This document shows, piece by piece, positions 25,208 to 35,900 of a stretch of DNA of 64,000 nt. Position 1 is the stretch's first letter. Each line of letters opens with the position of its first letter. Under the pieces are notes generated by a model that saw nothing but the letters and a program-made list of their open reading frames with translations, did no database searches and had not been told where the DNA came from. The DNA is taken from the IMG/VR virus record IMGVR_UViG_3300007276_000047, positions 6,529 through 70,528 of that record. One strand, 5' to 3'. The DNA is from a virus. Taxonomy: Duplodnaviria; Caudoviricetes. The position numbers and the translations under genes are program-made.

Positions 25208-26320
25208 ATGGCTGATGAAGCACAAGAAATTGACTACGAGGGTATGGATGATGCAGAATTTAATAAACTACCTATCCCAGGTATGCCGCAGGAAGAAGAA
25301 AGGGAAGAACCGACCTCCGAAGAAGAAGTAGAGACTCCCGAGGAAGAAATAGAAGAGGTTGAGGATTCTGAAGAAGAATCCGAAGATGAACCTCAAGAAG
25401 AAACAGAAGATGAAGAAGAGGAGACTACTGAAGATTCAGTAGAGGAAGAAGATTCAGATCCAGTTACTACTCTTCTTAAAACTCCCCTAAAAATGGGAGA
25501 TACAGAAATTACTGTTAATTCTGTTGAAGAACTAGTAACATTGGCTCAACGAGGTCTTGGAGCTAATAAACGAATACAGGAATTAGCTCCACAACTTAAG
25601 ATTATAAGCATGCTTGAAAAGCATAAGCTTATGAGTCCGGAAAAATTAAACTTTCTGATAGCGTTAGAAAATAAAGATCCTAAAGCTATCAGACAGTTAG
25701 TAGCGTCAAGCGGTGTAGATGCGTTTGATGTAGATGTAAGCGATGCAGAAGAGGGGAGTTACACTCCTCCTGATTTCTCGGTTACTGATGAAGAGTATGC
25801 TGTTGAACAAGCTTTCTCCGATATTAGTACTTTACCGAGTTATGAGGATACGTTAAAAACTATGTCTAGTTTTGATAACTCCGCTAAAGCTGAACTTAGG
25901 AGTAACCCGCAATTGATTAGGCAGATGGCGGCTCAACATGAAAATGGTGAGTACAAACAGATCAAAGATATTATTGCCAAAGAAAGAGTAATGGGGAACC
26001 TCCCAGGTTTAAGTGATTTTGCAGCGTATAAGCACGTTTGGAATACAGTTCAGGAATACTCAGCACGTACGGGTGGCAACCCAGAAGCGGGACACAAGAA
26101 TTTGACTAACGGCCAGAGCAGTAGGGAAAACCTAGTGGGTAGCGAGGGCACTCGTGAAGCAGGACACAATACTTCCTCTGGCAAGCAAATAGGCAACGCT
26201 CAGAGTGCAGCGCGTAAAGCGGCTGAGTCTACAAATAAGAATAGAGGAAGCCAAAAGGCTGAATTTATTAATTTTGATGATCTAAGCGATGAAGAGTTTT
26301 TAAAACTTGAACTGGCTTAG
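25208..26320 (+). CDS. Scaffold-like protein (N4 gp57-like)
   Basis: Very acidic N-terminus, ends DDLSDEEFLKL, and precedes the major capsid gene. Confidence 0.75.
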   Translation: MADEAQEIDYEGMDDAEFNKLPIPGMPQEEEREEPTSEEEVETPEEEIEEVEDSEEESEDEPQEETEDEEEETTEDSVEEEDSDPVTTLLKTPLKMGDTEITVNSVEELVTLAQRGLGANKRIQELAPQLKIISMLEKHKLMSPEKLNFLIALENKDPKAIRQLVASSGVDAFDVDVSDAEEGSYTPPDFSVTDEEYAVEQAFSDISTLPSYEDTLKTMSSFDNSAKAELRSNPQLIRQMAAQHENGEYKQIKDIIAKERVMGNLPGLSDFAAYKHVWNTVQEYSARTGGNPEAGHKNLTNGQSSRENLVGSEGTREAGHNTSSGKQIGNAQSAARKAAESTNKNRGSQKAEFINFDDLSDEEFLKLELA

Positions 26321-26355
26321 TAATGTCTTTTAGTTAAATTAAAGAGGAATGAACT

Positions 26356-27822
26356 ATGGCTGAAGCTACAGTAAAACAATATAAGGATCCTGCTGGCGGA
26401 ACCCCGTCCAGTGTAGGGGCCCAACAACGGACCGACTTTTATAAGCGTAAAGCTTTAATTGAAGTCGCAGAGGAACTGTACTTCGGTCAGTTCGCAGATA
26501 AAGAACAGATGCCTAAGCATTATGGTAAGAAGATCGTACAAGATCATTATTTGCCTATTTTGCATGACGGCAACTTCACAGACCAGGGTATTGATGCTTC
26601 TGGTTTAACAGTAAATCAAAAGGTAACAATTCTAATTGTTGCAGGTGCTGCGGTTAAATCCAACGCTTCTGATAATCGTGAGAATTCAAGCTTTGGTACT
26701 CATTACGCCGTCGGTGAAGGTGTAGATGCAGCAGCAGCTCTTGCAGCCGCTAAGTTAGATGCAGAAGATATTTTCGATAGTTTAGGCGTACTAACTACTG
26801 ACTATGATACAAGTAAGACAGCTCTAGAAGCCCTTACCCCAGCATGGACTATCGTAGAACGTGCGTCCGTAAACGCTACTGGTAACCTTTGGGGTTCTAG
26901 TCGTGATATCGGTAATGTTACTGCAAAGATGCCTACTCTCAGTGAGAATGGTGGTCGAGTTAATCGTGTGGGTAACACTCGTGTATCTATCGAGTCTACA
27001 CTAAGCGAAATGGGTATCTTCGAAGAGTACACAGCAGCGTCATATGATTTTGACTCTGATGCAGACTTGGAGATGCATAACCATCGTGAGTTGCTACGAG
27101 CAGCGGCTGAGATCTCAGAAGATCGATTGCAGATTGACTTGCTGAACTCTGCTGGTCTGGTACGTTTCGGTGGAGCAGCTACTGCTACTAACGAACTTAC
27201 TGGTGTAGCAGCAGATACAGTATCCGTAGCCACATTCGATGACTTCATGCGAATGGATATCGATTTGACTAACAACAAGGCGCCTAAGAAGATTAAGGCG
27301 ATCCTAGGTTCTACTAAGAACGATACTAAGACTGTTGATGCAGCTCGAGTATTGATTGTAGGCTCTGAGATGATCCCTACGTTGAAGTCTATGACTGATA
27401 CTTTTGGTAACCCTGCTTTCATCCACGTACGCGAGTATGCAGATGCTAGTAAGCCTATGAACGGTGAGATTGGCGCTATTGATGCTTTCCGCATTATCGT
27501 ATCTCCTCGTATGATGTACTGGGCGGGTGCAGGTGCTGCTGAAGGTACTAACGCTGGTTATCGCGTAACAGATGGTAAGTACGATGTATACCCAATGCTC
27601 GCTATGAGTATGGGTGCTTTCGCAGAGGTATCTTTCCACTCAGGTATTGGTGGTAAGACTGGTTCTAAGTGGGTAGTAATGCACCAGAAGCCAGGTCTAG
27701 ACACAATGAGTCATGATGATCCTTACGGTAAAAAAGGTCGTCGTTCTATTCAGTGGTACTACGGTAGTTTGATTAGCCGTCCTGAATGGATTGGCTTGTT
27801 TAAAGTAGTAGCTAAGATCTAA
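26356..27822 (+). CDS. Major capsid protein (N4 gp56-like) with a ~85-aa insertion
   Basis: YFGQFAD..MPKHYGKKI, DQGIDASG, GNLWGSSRDIG, ENGGRVNRVG, DPYG..G..SIQW. Confidence 0.92.
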   Translation: MAEATVKQYKDPAGGTPSSVGAQQRTDFYKRKALIEVAEELYFGQFADKEQMPKHYGKKIVQDHYLPILHDGNFTDQGIDASGLTVNQKVTILIVAGAAVKSNASDNRENSSFGTHYAVGEGVDAAAALAAAKLDAEDIFDSLGVLTTDYDTSKTALEALTPAWTIVERASVNATGNLWGSSRDIGNVTAKMPTLSENGGRVNRVGNTRVSIESTLSEMGIFEEYTAASYDFDSDADLEMHNHRELLRAAAEISEDRLQIDLLNSAGLVRFGGAATATNELTGVAADTVSVATFDDFMRMDIDLTNNKAPKKIKAILGSTKNDTKTVDAARVLIVGSEMIPTLKSMTDTFGNPAFIHVREYADASKPMNGEIGAIDAFRIIVSPRMMYWAGAGAAEGTNAGYRVTDGKYDVYPMLAMSMGAFAEVSFHSGIGGKTGSKWVVMHQKPGLDTMSHDDPYGKKGRRSIQWYYGSLISRPEWIGLFKVVAKI

Positions 27823-27837
27823 TCTTAGTAAGAAAGG

Positions 27838-27860
27838 AGGGGGACATTAGTCCCCCTTCT
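27838..27860 (+). terminator. Probable terminator after the capsid gene
   Basis: AGGGGGAC-ATTA-GTCCCCCT, with only a short T tail. Confidence 0.55.
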
Positions 27861-27893
27861 GATTGTAAATATAAATAACCAAGAGGCACTACA

Positions 27894-28397
27894 ATGGCAG
27901 AAGTTAAACCAAGAATTCAACAACTTAAAGAACAAGCAAAAGAACTAGGTATTGATCATTCTCCGAATATCGGGGCAGATACTCTAGACAATAAGATTAA
28001 GGGGCATTTAGCTCAGTTAGAATCTTTACCCTCTGAAACTGCACAAAGTCACAGAGAGAAAAAGGTTAAGCAGGCTACTCGCTTACGAAGAGTAATCGTC
28101 ACTTGTCAGAACCAAACTAAGACTAATAGCGATCGTCAAGGTGAAATCGTTATGGCTAGTAACAGTGTAGTAGGTACCCTTAAGAAGTTTTTCCCTTATG
28201 GTTATCCCACGCACTTAGAACAGATGCTGGTAAATGTATTGGAAGAAAAGAAGTATCAACAATTTTTTGGGCCTGGTAATACTAAGTCCCGGGAAGTTAA
28301 GGAATTTAGTATTGATTACTTACCTGATCTAACTCCCGAAGAAGTACAAGATCTTAAAAAGATGCAGGCTATCCGAGCGGAAGCTGCTAACCTTTAA
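27894..28397 (+). CDS. N4 gp55-like protein
   Basis: LGIDHSPNIG.DTL..KI and RVIVTC..N motifs; synteny. Confidence 0.7.
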   Translation: MAEVKPRIQQLKEQAKELGIDHSPNIGADTLDNKIKGHLAQLESLPSETAQSHREKKVKQATRLRRVIVTCQNQTKTNSDRQGEIVMASNSVVGTLKKFFPYGYPTHLEQMLVNVLEEKKYQQFFGPGNTKSREVKEFSIDYLPDLTPEEVQDLKKMQAIRAEAANL

Positions 28398-28428
28398 GGT
28401 AGAAGCAACATAATTAATTAACACGAAG

Positions 28429-28453
28429 AGCCTCAGTATATCTGGGGCTTTTT
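28429..28453 (+). terminator. Rho-independent terminator
   Basis: AGCCTCAG-TATAT-CTGGGGCT-TTTT. Confidence 0.75.
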
Positions 28454-28468
28454 ACTAAGAGGTATACC

Positions 28469-29134
28469 ATGGCAGCAATTCCATTCAGCGTAGATGATCT
28501 AACAACCGTAGCTTTAGATGGTGACGGAGTATTTGATAAACTCCTTAAAGCGTCGACTCTACATTTAAAACAAGAATTCGATGCTCAAAGGATTAGGGGT
28601 AATGATTACGCTACGGTGTACACAGCTCTTATTGGTGCCGCTATGCAATCTGCTGTACAGTTTGCCTTACAGAAGCCGATCACAGATCAGCAAGCTGCTA
28701 AGACTGCTTTAGAGCTCGAGTTACTAGCTGCTCAAATAAGAACAGAGCAAGCTAATACTATGACATTAAGTGACCCTCCCCTTCCTACAGACGCCTTAAT
28801 TTATAAACAAAAAGAGATCCTGGATCAACAAAGAGAGAAGCTCCAAGAAGAGATTGATTTAATTATCCAGAAAGAACTTACAGAAAAAGCTCAAACTAAT
28901 GCTACTGCGGCCGGCGTCATCGGAGCGCAGATAAACCTGTATGAAGAACAAGTAAAAGGGTACCAAGCAGATAGGGCGACTAAGCGAGCTAAGATATATG
29001 CTGATTTAGCTGCAGTTCAACTGAATACAAATGATACTTGGGCAGGAGATAATTCTGCCTTAGCTGGGTTGACTGCTAACGATATAAAGCTAGCCATGGA
29101 CGATATGGACACGAAAGCAGCAGCAGCAGGCTAA
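28469..29134 (+). CDS. Virion tail protein (N4 gp54-like)
   Basis: GDGVFDKLL....HLKQEFDAQRIRGNDYA motif; synteny. Confidence 0.75.
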   Translation: MAAIPFSVDDLTTVALDGDGVFDKLLKASTLHLKQEFDAQRIRGNDYATVYTALIGAAMQSAVQFALQKPITDQQAAKTALELELLAAQIRTEQANTMTLSDPPLPTDALIYKQKEILDQQREKLQEEIDLIIQKELTEKAQTNATAAGVIGAQINLYEEQVKGYQADRATKRAKIYADLAAVQLNTNDTWAGDNSALAGLTANDIKLAMDDMDTKAAAAG

Positions 29135-29137
29135 CCA

Positions 29138-31252
29138 ATGGCCGTCGAACTATATGTATCCGCTTCCTCCCCGCGTTTATATGAGGAACTACCTGATTTA
29201 GCTAGGGAAGCGGTTATGTACGCTATATGGACTGGGGGAAGTATCAATGATAATTTATTGATGGCTTCCCTTACGGGTTCCTATGCTGGCTTAAATGCTA
29301 TGAAGCGCTATAGTAAAAGTGAGAGTTATTTCTTCGGAGAGACTGAAGTAACGGCCACTATCGGGGATTCTCCTGCAGCGTTGGCCTGGCTTGAATATTT
29401 AGAGGCGACGTATCCATATGGTAGCTTACCTACAGACGGGATAGCTACCCGCTTTTTCTACGTTATTACAGCTACCGAAGTACAGGAAATAGGAGAAGAA
29501 GTACTTCCGGGATACTACGAAGCTCAGTACTTAGAAGATACGCCTATTGTGAGCCCAGATATCTACAGTCGATCGGTGACTACTCCTACTACTGTAACTA
29601 TATACAAATTAGTAGGTGGAGCCGGAGGAGCTGAAGTAGTACACGGTACTGTCAATCTACCGGGGACTTTGACATCTAGGGAGCACTATGTAACTTATGA
29701 TTTGTATGGTTTAAATCTAGAAGATGGCTCTACAGAACCTACCTATAGGGCTACCTATGTAGAGATCTATAATGAGATTACGAACGCGATCCCCAAACTA
29801 CATACCTCTACTGCCGAAGCACCCCTTATAGAGGACGAGGTGTACCCTTTTGTACCCCTCAGATTAGACGGCGTAGACTATGGGACAGAGGTTGATTCTT
29901 TAGCGGGGTCTCCGAGTATAAAAAACATATTACGTAAAATAAACATGGACCCTGTGGATATTGTAGAGGCCATTAAAACTAATGAAGATGAAGCCTTAAT
30001 AGACGATGTTTACTTAACATCTTCTTTAAGTATTACTGGGGAAGAAGAGTGGAACATCGCTGGATTAGCGGAAACTTTTTCCTTACTCTATGAGCGTAAC
30101 CCGGATTCTCTTACTATATTTAACGATACTGGAGAACGACAAACTTTACAGTTTAAAGACGCTAGCGGCTATGGCTTATGGAATAATATAAACTACAATT
30201 ATATCACCTCAACTATAAAAGTAGGGGAGCCAGGGTATACACGTAATTTTGTAGAGGGATCCGGCAGCGTAACAATATGTACCGGGACTCCCGAAGTATG
30301 TCAGGTCGTTAGTTCGGAGAATGCCTATACATTTACTCGTCCTATGGTAGGCGGCACACCAGAAGATTTAATATACGAAGAGATTATAGTTTCTGGCTTA
30401 TCTTCTGAACATATAGTAAATACGATAGAAGAAGGGTCTAGAAATGTAATATTTGAGGGCAATGAAGAGAATCTAGTTATTCCTTTATTTAAGACTGTAG
30501 CTGAGCGTGTACCGTTTACGTATAGGGAAGATCTATGTTTTGGATCTCTTCGCCTACTCGTGTACACGGTGGATTTTGTACACTTATCCTGGTATGAAAC
30601 GGATACGTTTAAAGCTTTCCTAACTTTTGCTGTAATAATATTTGCGTTATATAGTGGAGGGGGAGATTTAAGTGCAGCATTCAATATAGGAGCTAAAGAA
30701 GGGTTTACCTACCTAGCAACCATAATGAGTATTAATCTCGTAGTTAACTATGCCGTAAGTTGGTTAGCTATTGAAATAGGGGGCACTACAGGGTTTATAG
30801 TAGCTGCAGTAGCTGGATTCTTATTATTAGGTGGGGAATTCAATTTTGAGGCCCTTACTTTAAGCTTGTCTACTACGTTTCATACTGCGTTTACTGCAAT
30901 CGTAAAAGCGCACGAAGCGTACATAGCTGGAGAGATGGCAGAACTGCAGGAAGATGCAGAAGAATGGAGTGAAGCTTACCAGCGTAAGAAAGATGAGTTA
31001 GATACTATAGAAGATATGCTAAACTACGGAGCAGAGTTCGATATACTGGCGGCTATAGATAAACGCATGTCTCCTAATGTAGAGAGTACAGAGGAACCCG
31101 CAGAGTTTTATAGAAGAACGACAACAGCGATTGATTTACCTGCTATAAGTAGCCGGTTAATTGATGATTATTACGAGGTTAAAATGCAGCTACCTAAAGC
31201 AAATGCATATGAACCTTTCAGAGATTTTAACGAGGAGTACAATTATGGGTGA
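29138..31252 (+). CDS. Virion protein (N4 gp53-like) with a hydrophobic C-terminal region
   Basis: YPFVPLRLD motif, VHLSWYET followed by TM-like helices; synteny. Confidence 0.7.
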   Translation: MAVELYVSASSPRLYEELPDLAREAVMYAIWTGGSINDNLLMASLTGSYAGLNAMKRYSKSESYFFGETEVTATIGDSPAALAWLEYLEATYPYGSLPTDGIATRFFYVITATEVQEIGEEVLPGYYEAQYLEDTPIVSPDIYSRSVTTPTTVTIYKLVGGAGGAEVVHGTVNLPGTLTSREHYVTYDLYGLNLEDGSTEPTYRATYVEIYNEITNAIPKLHTSTAEAPLIEDEVYPFVPLRLDGVDYGTEVDSLAGSPSIKNILRKINMDPVDIVEAIKTNEDEALIDDVYLTSSLSITGEEEWNIAGLAETFSLLYERNPDSLTIFNDTGERQTLQFKDASGYGLWNNINYNYITSTIKVGEPGYTRNFVEGSGSVTICTGTPEVCQVVSSENAYTFTRPMVGGTPEDLIYEEIIVSGLSSEHIVNTIEEGSRNVIFEGNEENLVIPLFKTVAERVPFTYREDLCFGSLRLLVYTVDFVHLSWYETDTFKAFLTFAVIIFALYSGGGDLSAAFNIGAKEGFTYLATIMSINLVVNYAVSWLAIEIGGTTGFIVAAVAGFLLLGGEFNFEALTLSLSTTFHTAFTAIVKAHEAYIAGEMAELQEDAEEWSEAYQRKKDELDTIEDMLNYGAEFDILAAIDKRMSPNVESTEEPAEFYRRTTTAIDLPAISSRLIDDYYEVKMQLPKANAYEPFRDFNEEYNYG

Positions 31253-31709
31253 TGAAAATAACTTTGATGCAACCAACTTAATGGCTAAGTTCTTTAGCCA
31301 GCTACCTTCGGGGTCCAATAACCAACCCGCTAATTTTAGCCCTATTGGTGCTGGGAATACTACCAACCCCTGGGAAGATATGATGCGCCAATATACCGCA
31401 GCAAATAAAATGCGCGATCCTACTATGTTGGATAAGTTGGGTACTGCTGCAGGGATAGCCCAAGGGTTAGCAGGCATCTACTTTGGCAGCCAAGGCCTTA
31501 AAATGGGTAAAGAACAGTTTGCTCATAATAGAGATGTGGACAAAATTAATCTATATAACCAGGGAACCGCAATCAATACCTCGCAAAGTAACAATAAGGC
31601 TGCTTCATTGGCTTCTGCTGGATTAGGAGGTACCCCTCAAGGCCAAAGCCTGCATCAACAGTACATGGATGCTAATAGAATGAAAACATCCTTCGACGGC
31701 GCATCATAG
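31245..31709 (+). CDS. Small ejection protein (N4 gp52-like)
   Basis: Start at 31245, after GAGGAG. Gly/Ala/Gln-rich and Cys-free; synteny. Confidence 0.65.
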   Translation: MGDENNFDATNLMAKFFSQLPSGSNNQPANFSPIGAGNTTNPWEDMMRQYTAANKMRDPTMLDKLGTAAGIAQGLAGIYFGSQGLKMGKEQFAHNRDVDKINLYNQGTAINTSQSNNKAASLASAGLGGTPQGQSLHQQYMDANRMKTSFDGAS

Positions 31710-31718
31710 GGGAATATT

Positions 31719-32960
31719 ATGGCTCAACCATTAAGATGGCAAGACGTTGTAGCCCAAAGTAATAGAGGATCTAATTCTCTTTTTGGGGATGCTGTTGGGG
31801 GTATCGATCGAGCTCTTGGTGGGCTTCAGAATACTTTACAGGCGCCCGGGTTACAGCAAGATGCTCAGAAGAAAGAATACATGGCTCGTATGGGTCAAGG
31901 TATAGGCATGCTCCAAGATCGAGAAAACTACGAGCAAGGGATCAAGGAGTTTGACCAGAATTTTGCTCAAGATCAGGAACAGTATCTTGGTAACCAGGCG
32001 CATGATAAAGCATTACTAGATAAAGAGAATGCGCATAATCTGGCTCTGGAAGCGGCTCGGAGAAAAGCAGCTAAAGAAGCGCTTACGGAATCTCGGATAT
32101 ACAATGAAAAGGAGCGCATTCGTTTAAAAGAAGAGGGAGAAGTAGACGCTAAGAAAAAAGAAAGTGAAGAGGAAATTAAACAAAGATTAGTGGACAGAAA
32201 TACCCAAGCTGCAACTTTAGCTGATAGTATAATTGCTGAAGAGACAGATTTTTTTGGGACCATGGATGACCAAGAGGAAAAAGCCATGCGTTACATCCAA
32301 GGAGCTATTCAGTCCGATACCACAGGCGTTATAACTAAAGAAATGATGCACTCTATTTATAATGATGCATTCATGGGAGCTAGACAGTTTCTGCCTGATG
32401 GTACAGCTGTGCCTTTTTGGGGTAAAAGAATTAATGACGCCCAGGACGCACAAGAGTATTTATCTGAATGGCTGGCTAACCCTAGAAATAGGGATGCCTT
32501 GACTCCTAATGACCAAATAGGAACTACGATCGAAGGTAGAGAAGCCGCTGCCGTGCGGGATCAACAGATACACGTTACCTCTAAAGAAAATGAAGCTACA
32601 AGAAAGCAGATAGAAAAGGGTATTATAGCTATAGACGCTAAATCAGAAGAACAAATATATGAAGAGTTCGCAGCTCAGGACAAAAATAGGGATGGTAGTC
32701 CTTTTACCCCAAAGCAGCAGGAATTCGTAGATAGGGCCCGTAATAATCAGATTATATGGGAACAACTCCCTCATAAGTTCCTTATACCAAAACCCCTTAC
32801 TCCTGGACAGGTTATGAGGGAAACCATGGGGGACGTAGCGGATAATATTAAAAACCCTACAGCCTCAGAAGTACTAACAGACGAAAACGAGAAGGCTGAG
32901 GATAAAAAGCGTAAATATCCTCCTAAAACTAGAAACCCTTATACTACCCGACCTTACTAA
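31719..32960 (+). CDS. Ejection protein (N4 gp51-like)
   Basis: MAQPLRWQDV N-terminus, Cys-free, immediately precedes the vRNAP. Confidence 0.65.
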   Translation: MAQPLRWQDVVAQSNRGSNSLFGDAVGGIDRALGGLQNTLQAPGLQQDAQKKEYMARMGQGIGMLQDRENYEQGIKEFDQNFAQDQEQYLGNQAHDKALLDKENAHNLALEAARRKAAKEALTESRIYNEKERIRLKEEGEVDAKKKESEEEIKQRLVDRNTQAATLADSIIAEETDFFGTMDDQEEKAMRYIQGAIQSDTTGVITKEMMHSIYNDAFMGARQFLPDGTAVPFWGKRINDAQDAQEYLSEWLANPRNRDALTPNDQIGTTIEGREAAAVRDQQIHVTSKENEATRKQIEKGIIAIDAKSEEQIYEEFAAQDKNRDGSPFTPKQQEFVDRARNNQIIWEQLPHKFLIPKPLTPGQVMRETMGDVADNIKNPTASEVLTDENEKAEDKKRKYPPKTRNPYTTRPY

Positions 32961-32961
32961 T

Positions 32962-35900
32962 ATGGCTAATCCTTTAGATAATCCAGCTGTTAACCGGGGC
33001 GTAAAGAGTTTAAAGCCTGCGGATTCTGTTGCTATAGCTGGCGAAAAGTACAAGGAGGATCTTAATGTGATAACTCCTATAACCCAAGCTGAACTTGATG
33101 CGCTATCTTCTTCGCCCCAGTCCATCACCATATACGAAGATGGTGAGATAGCTAATAGAGGTCGAATAACTGATGGGGATTCTTTCACCGGGGAGAGACT
33201 CGCTTTTAACTATAGAACACAAGGAGAAGACCATAGATCTTTAGATACATGGGAGGTGTTCGATCCTAGAAAGAACTATGAGCATAAAGATGTACGTAAG
33301 AAGATGGATAAGCAACGTGCAGAGTTAGCTCGTAGGTATGGAGTTCCTCTAGAAGATATCTCTGATGAGGATGTCTTCCTTCGTGGTGCTTTAGCTAAGA
33401 GTAATTTTGAGGATAGAGTTAGGGATGCAGGTGGAGCATTTAGGAGAGAAGGAGAAACCAAAGATTCGACTCTAGCCACAGATAGACGACGTATGGGAGA
33501 AGCTTTACTGGATAGCCAGAATCAGGATATTCGTGATGCTATGAATAATCCTATGGATAACGCTAGTTTCTTCTCGAGATATAATGTGGCCGGAAGGTTA
33601 ACAAATACCTACGGCAGTAGCAGAAGACGGCCTGGTGAAGATAGATCAGATGTGGAAGCACGATTAGATGGCGTAGAAAATACTTCTACGCAATACATGC
33701 AGGATACAGCAGATTCCATGGCTGGTGGGCTGGGAGATGCTTTTGCTAAACCTATCGCTATCGTAGGCGCGAAGAGTAAAGATGGCGGAACTGGCCAAGT
33801 AATAACTGCTGATGACGAGCGCATATTTAAAGAGATAGGGGATCTCCGTCAGCAAGCTAAAATCTTAGGTAGACAGGCTCATAGCGAAGCTAAATTCGCT
33901 CAAAAGAATGCACGTATTGACTCAGAAGAAGCCGCAGCTATAGCTGGTCTACGTGGAGAGCTTGCGCCTATCGATGTAGATCTATACCGGGATAGCGGTG
34001 TTAAAAGTGCTGAAGAATTTGAAAATGAAATTATAAAGAATAACTTAAATAAAGAACAAAGAGACTTTATAAACCAAGTAAGTACATACGGAGATATAAC
34101 TAAAGGTGGGTCAGGGCAGTCAAGAGCGTATGACATACTGACAGAGCGAGCACGTATACGCGGGGATATAAATAAAGCAATAGGCGAGACAGGGGATAAA
34201 GGTCTGGCTGTCCTTGGCGCCAGTTTACAGCACGTATTTGGAAATGAAAACTATAGTACGGCTATGGAAAAGAATGAACAGTTCATGAAAGAACGAACAT
34301 ATATAGATCCTGTTACGGGGGCTTCAGATATAAAAGGCCTAGCTAATAGAGCTATAGTAAACGACAGTGACAGTAATCCAGAACTAATAGCCGAGAGAGA
34401 AGCTTCAAAGAAAGCCTGGACAGAAGGTGAGTATGGTAAAGCAGCTTATCACTGGGTTAACGGAGCTAAAGTAAAACTGAGCGATGGTACCGGTGCAGCT
34501 TTTATTGCTGCGGCAGAAAGTATACCTTCTATGGTTGGATTAGTCCGTCTACCCAAATTAGTTGGGATAGGTATGGCGTCGGATAAATACGAAGAATCTA
34601 GAGAAGCTTTTTACGAGTTAAACGGAGAATATCCAGATCGTGATCAATCCGATATCCAAGCTGGTTTAGCTGTACTGTCTACATACGCTGAGAGAGGAGG
34701 TGCTGAACTTGCAATTGGTAAAGGCATTAAAGGTATCGCTGGAGAAAAAGCTGGGAAGCTTGCTAAGGATCTTAGCGAAAAGATAGCAGCCAAAACAGGC
34801 GTCACAGTAGGTATGGGAGCAGCGTTTGTTGCAGGTTCGCTAGCAGAAGGTGGAGAAGAGATGTTGGTATCTTTCTTAGACCAGGCTGCAGCTAGACAAG
34901 GCCAAGATAGTCTGTTTGACATAGACGAAGTATTTACAGCTTGGACTACTGGTGTTGCTGCAGGTGCAGTCACTAAGGCTATTATGGAATCCCCTAAGGT
35001 ACCCCAGGCTATAAAAAATGATTTGCTAGCGTTCATGGAAAAGACGGGGTTAAAACTACCTGAGGGTAGTGTTACACCTAAAGCCCATAAGAAAAAACTA
35101 GATGCTGTCTTACAATTTGCCGCTGAAGACTCTAATCAAGATATAGATACTATAAGTACTCCTCGTCCTCAACTGGATGACAATGTAGATACCGAGATAG
35201 ATTTCGATTCCGAAGAAAGTATTGCATCTGCCGATAGTAATAGCACTTCTACTAAGACTTCACGAGAAAGACGTATAGAACAAACTGAACGTGCTGAGAC
35301 TTTGATAGCAGGAGACTTAACGGATCCTACGATTAAAGCCAAAGCTAAAGCAGCTGTAGAACAAGCACGAATAGCGTTAATTAATGAACTAAGTGAGCTC
35401 GATCCCGACGAACAGGATAAAGCCAAACGTAAGGCAGACTCGGTAAGTATCGCTGAATCTGAAGCAGCTCTAGGAGCAATTGCTTCTATGGAACGGGAGA
35501 TTAATAATGTAGAAAGCGTCGGAGGTAGCATACCCGTAAACGATACCGGAGACGTTGGATTACTGTTTAGTGATGGCAATTTAGAACCGGATGTACAAGG
35601 ATCTGCCCCAGGGAAGAAAGCAGACACAGCTAGCTTAAATAAATACGCGGCAGACCTTATCGCTAGGCTTAAGCAATATGATACAGATGTAAAAGTCATA
35701 CAAGATTCCAATAGAAAGAATGCTAAACAAGTTAGAGGTGAATCTTTAGGTACACGTACGAACGTTAAGGGTAAAAAGGGTCTAGGGGCTCACTTAATGA
35801 GTATGGGCCAGGCAGTAGTTGATAACAGCCGGACCATGGCTAACGCTGTTGTAAAAGACTTAAGTAAATTTGTCACGCTACAGAGAGAAAAGCAAAAGGG

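Noticed and set aside
25035-33480. Extra CTAGCCAC matches at about 25042 and 33471
   Set aside because: They lie inside coding sequence and lack the TGTCCA and GTAC flanks of the 26-bp motif.
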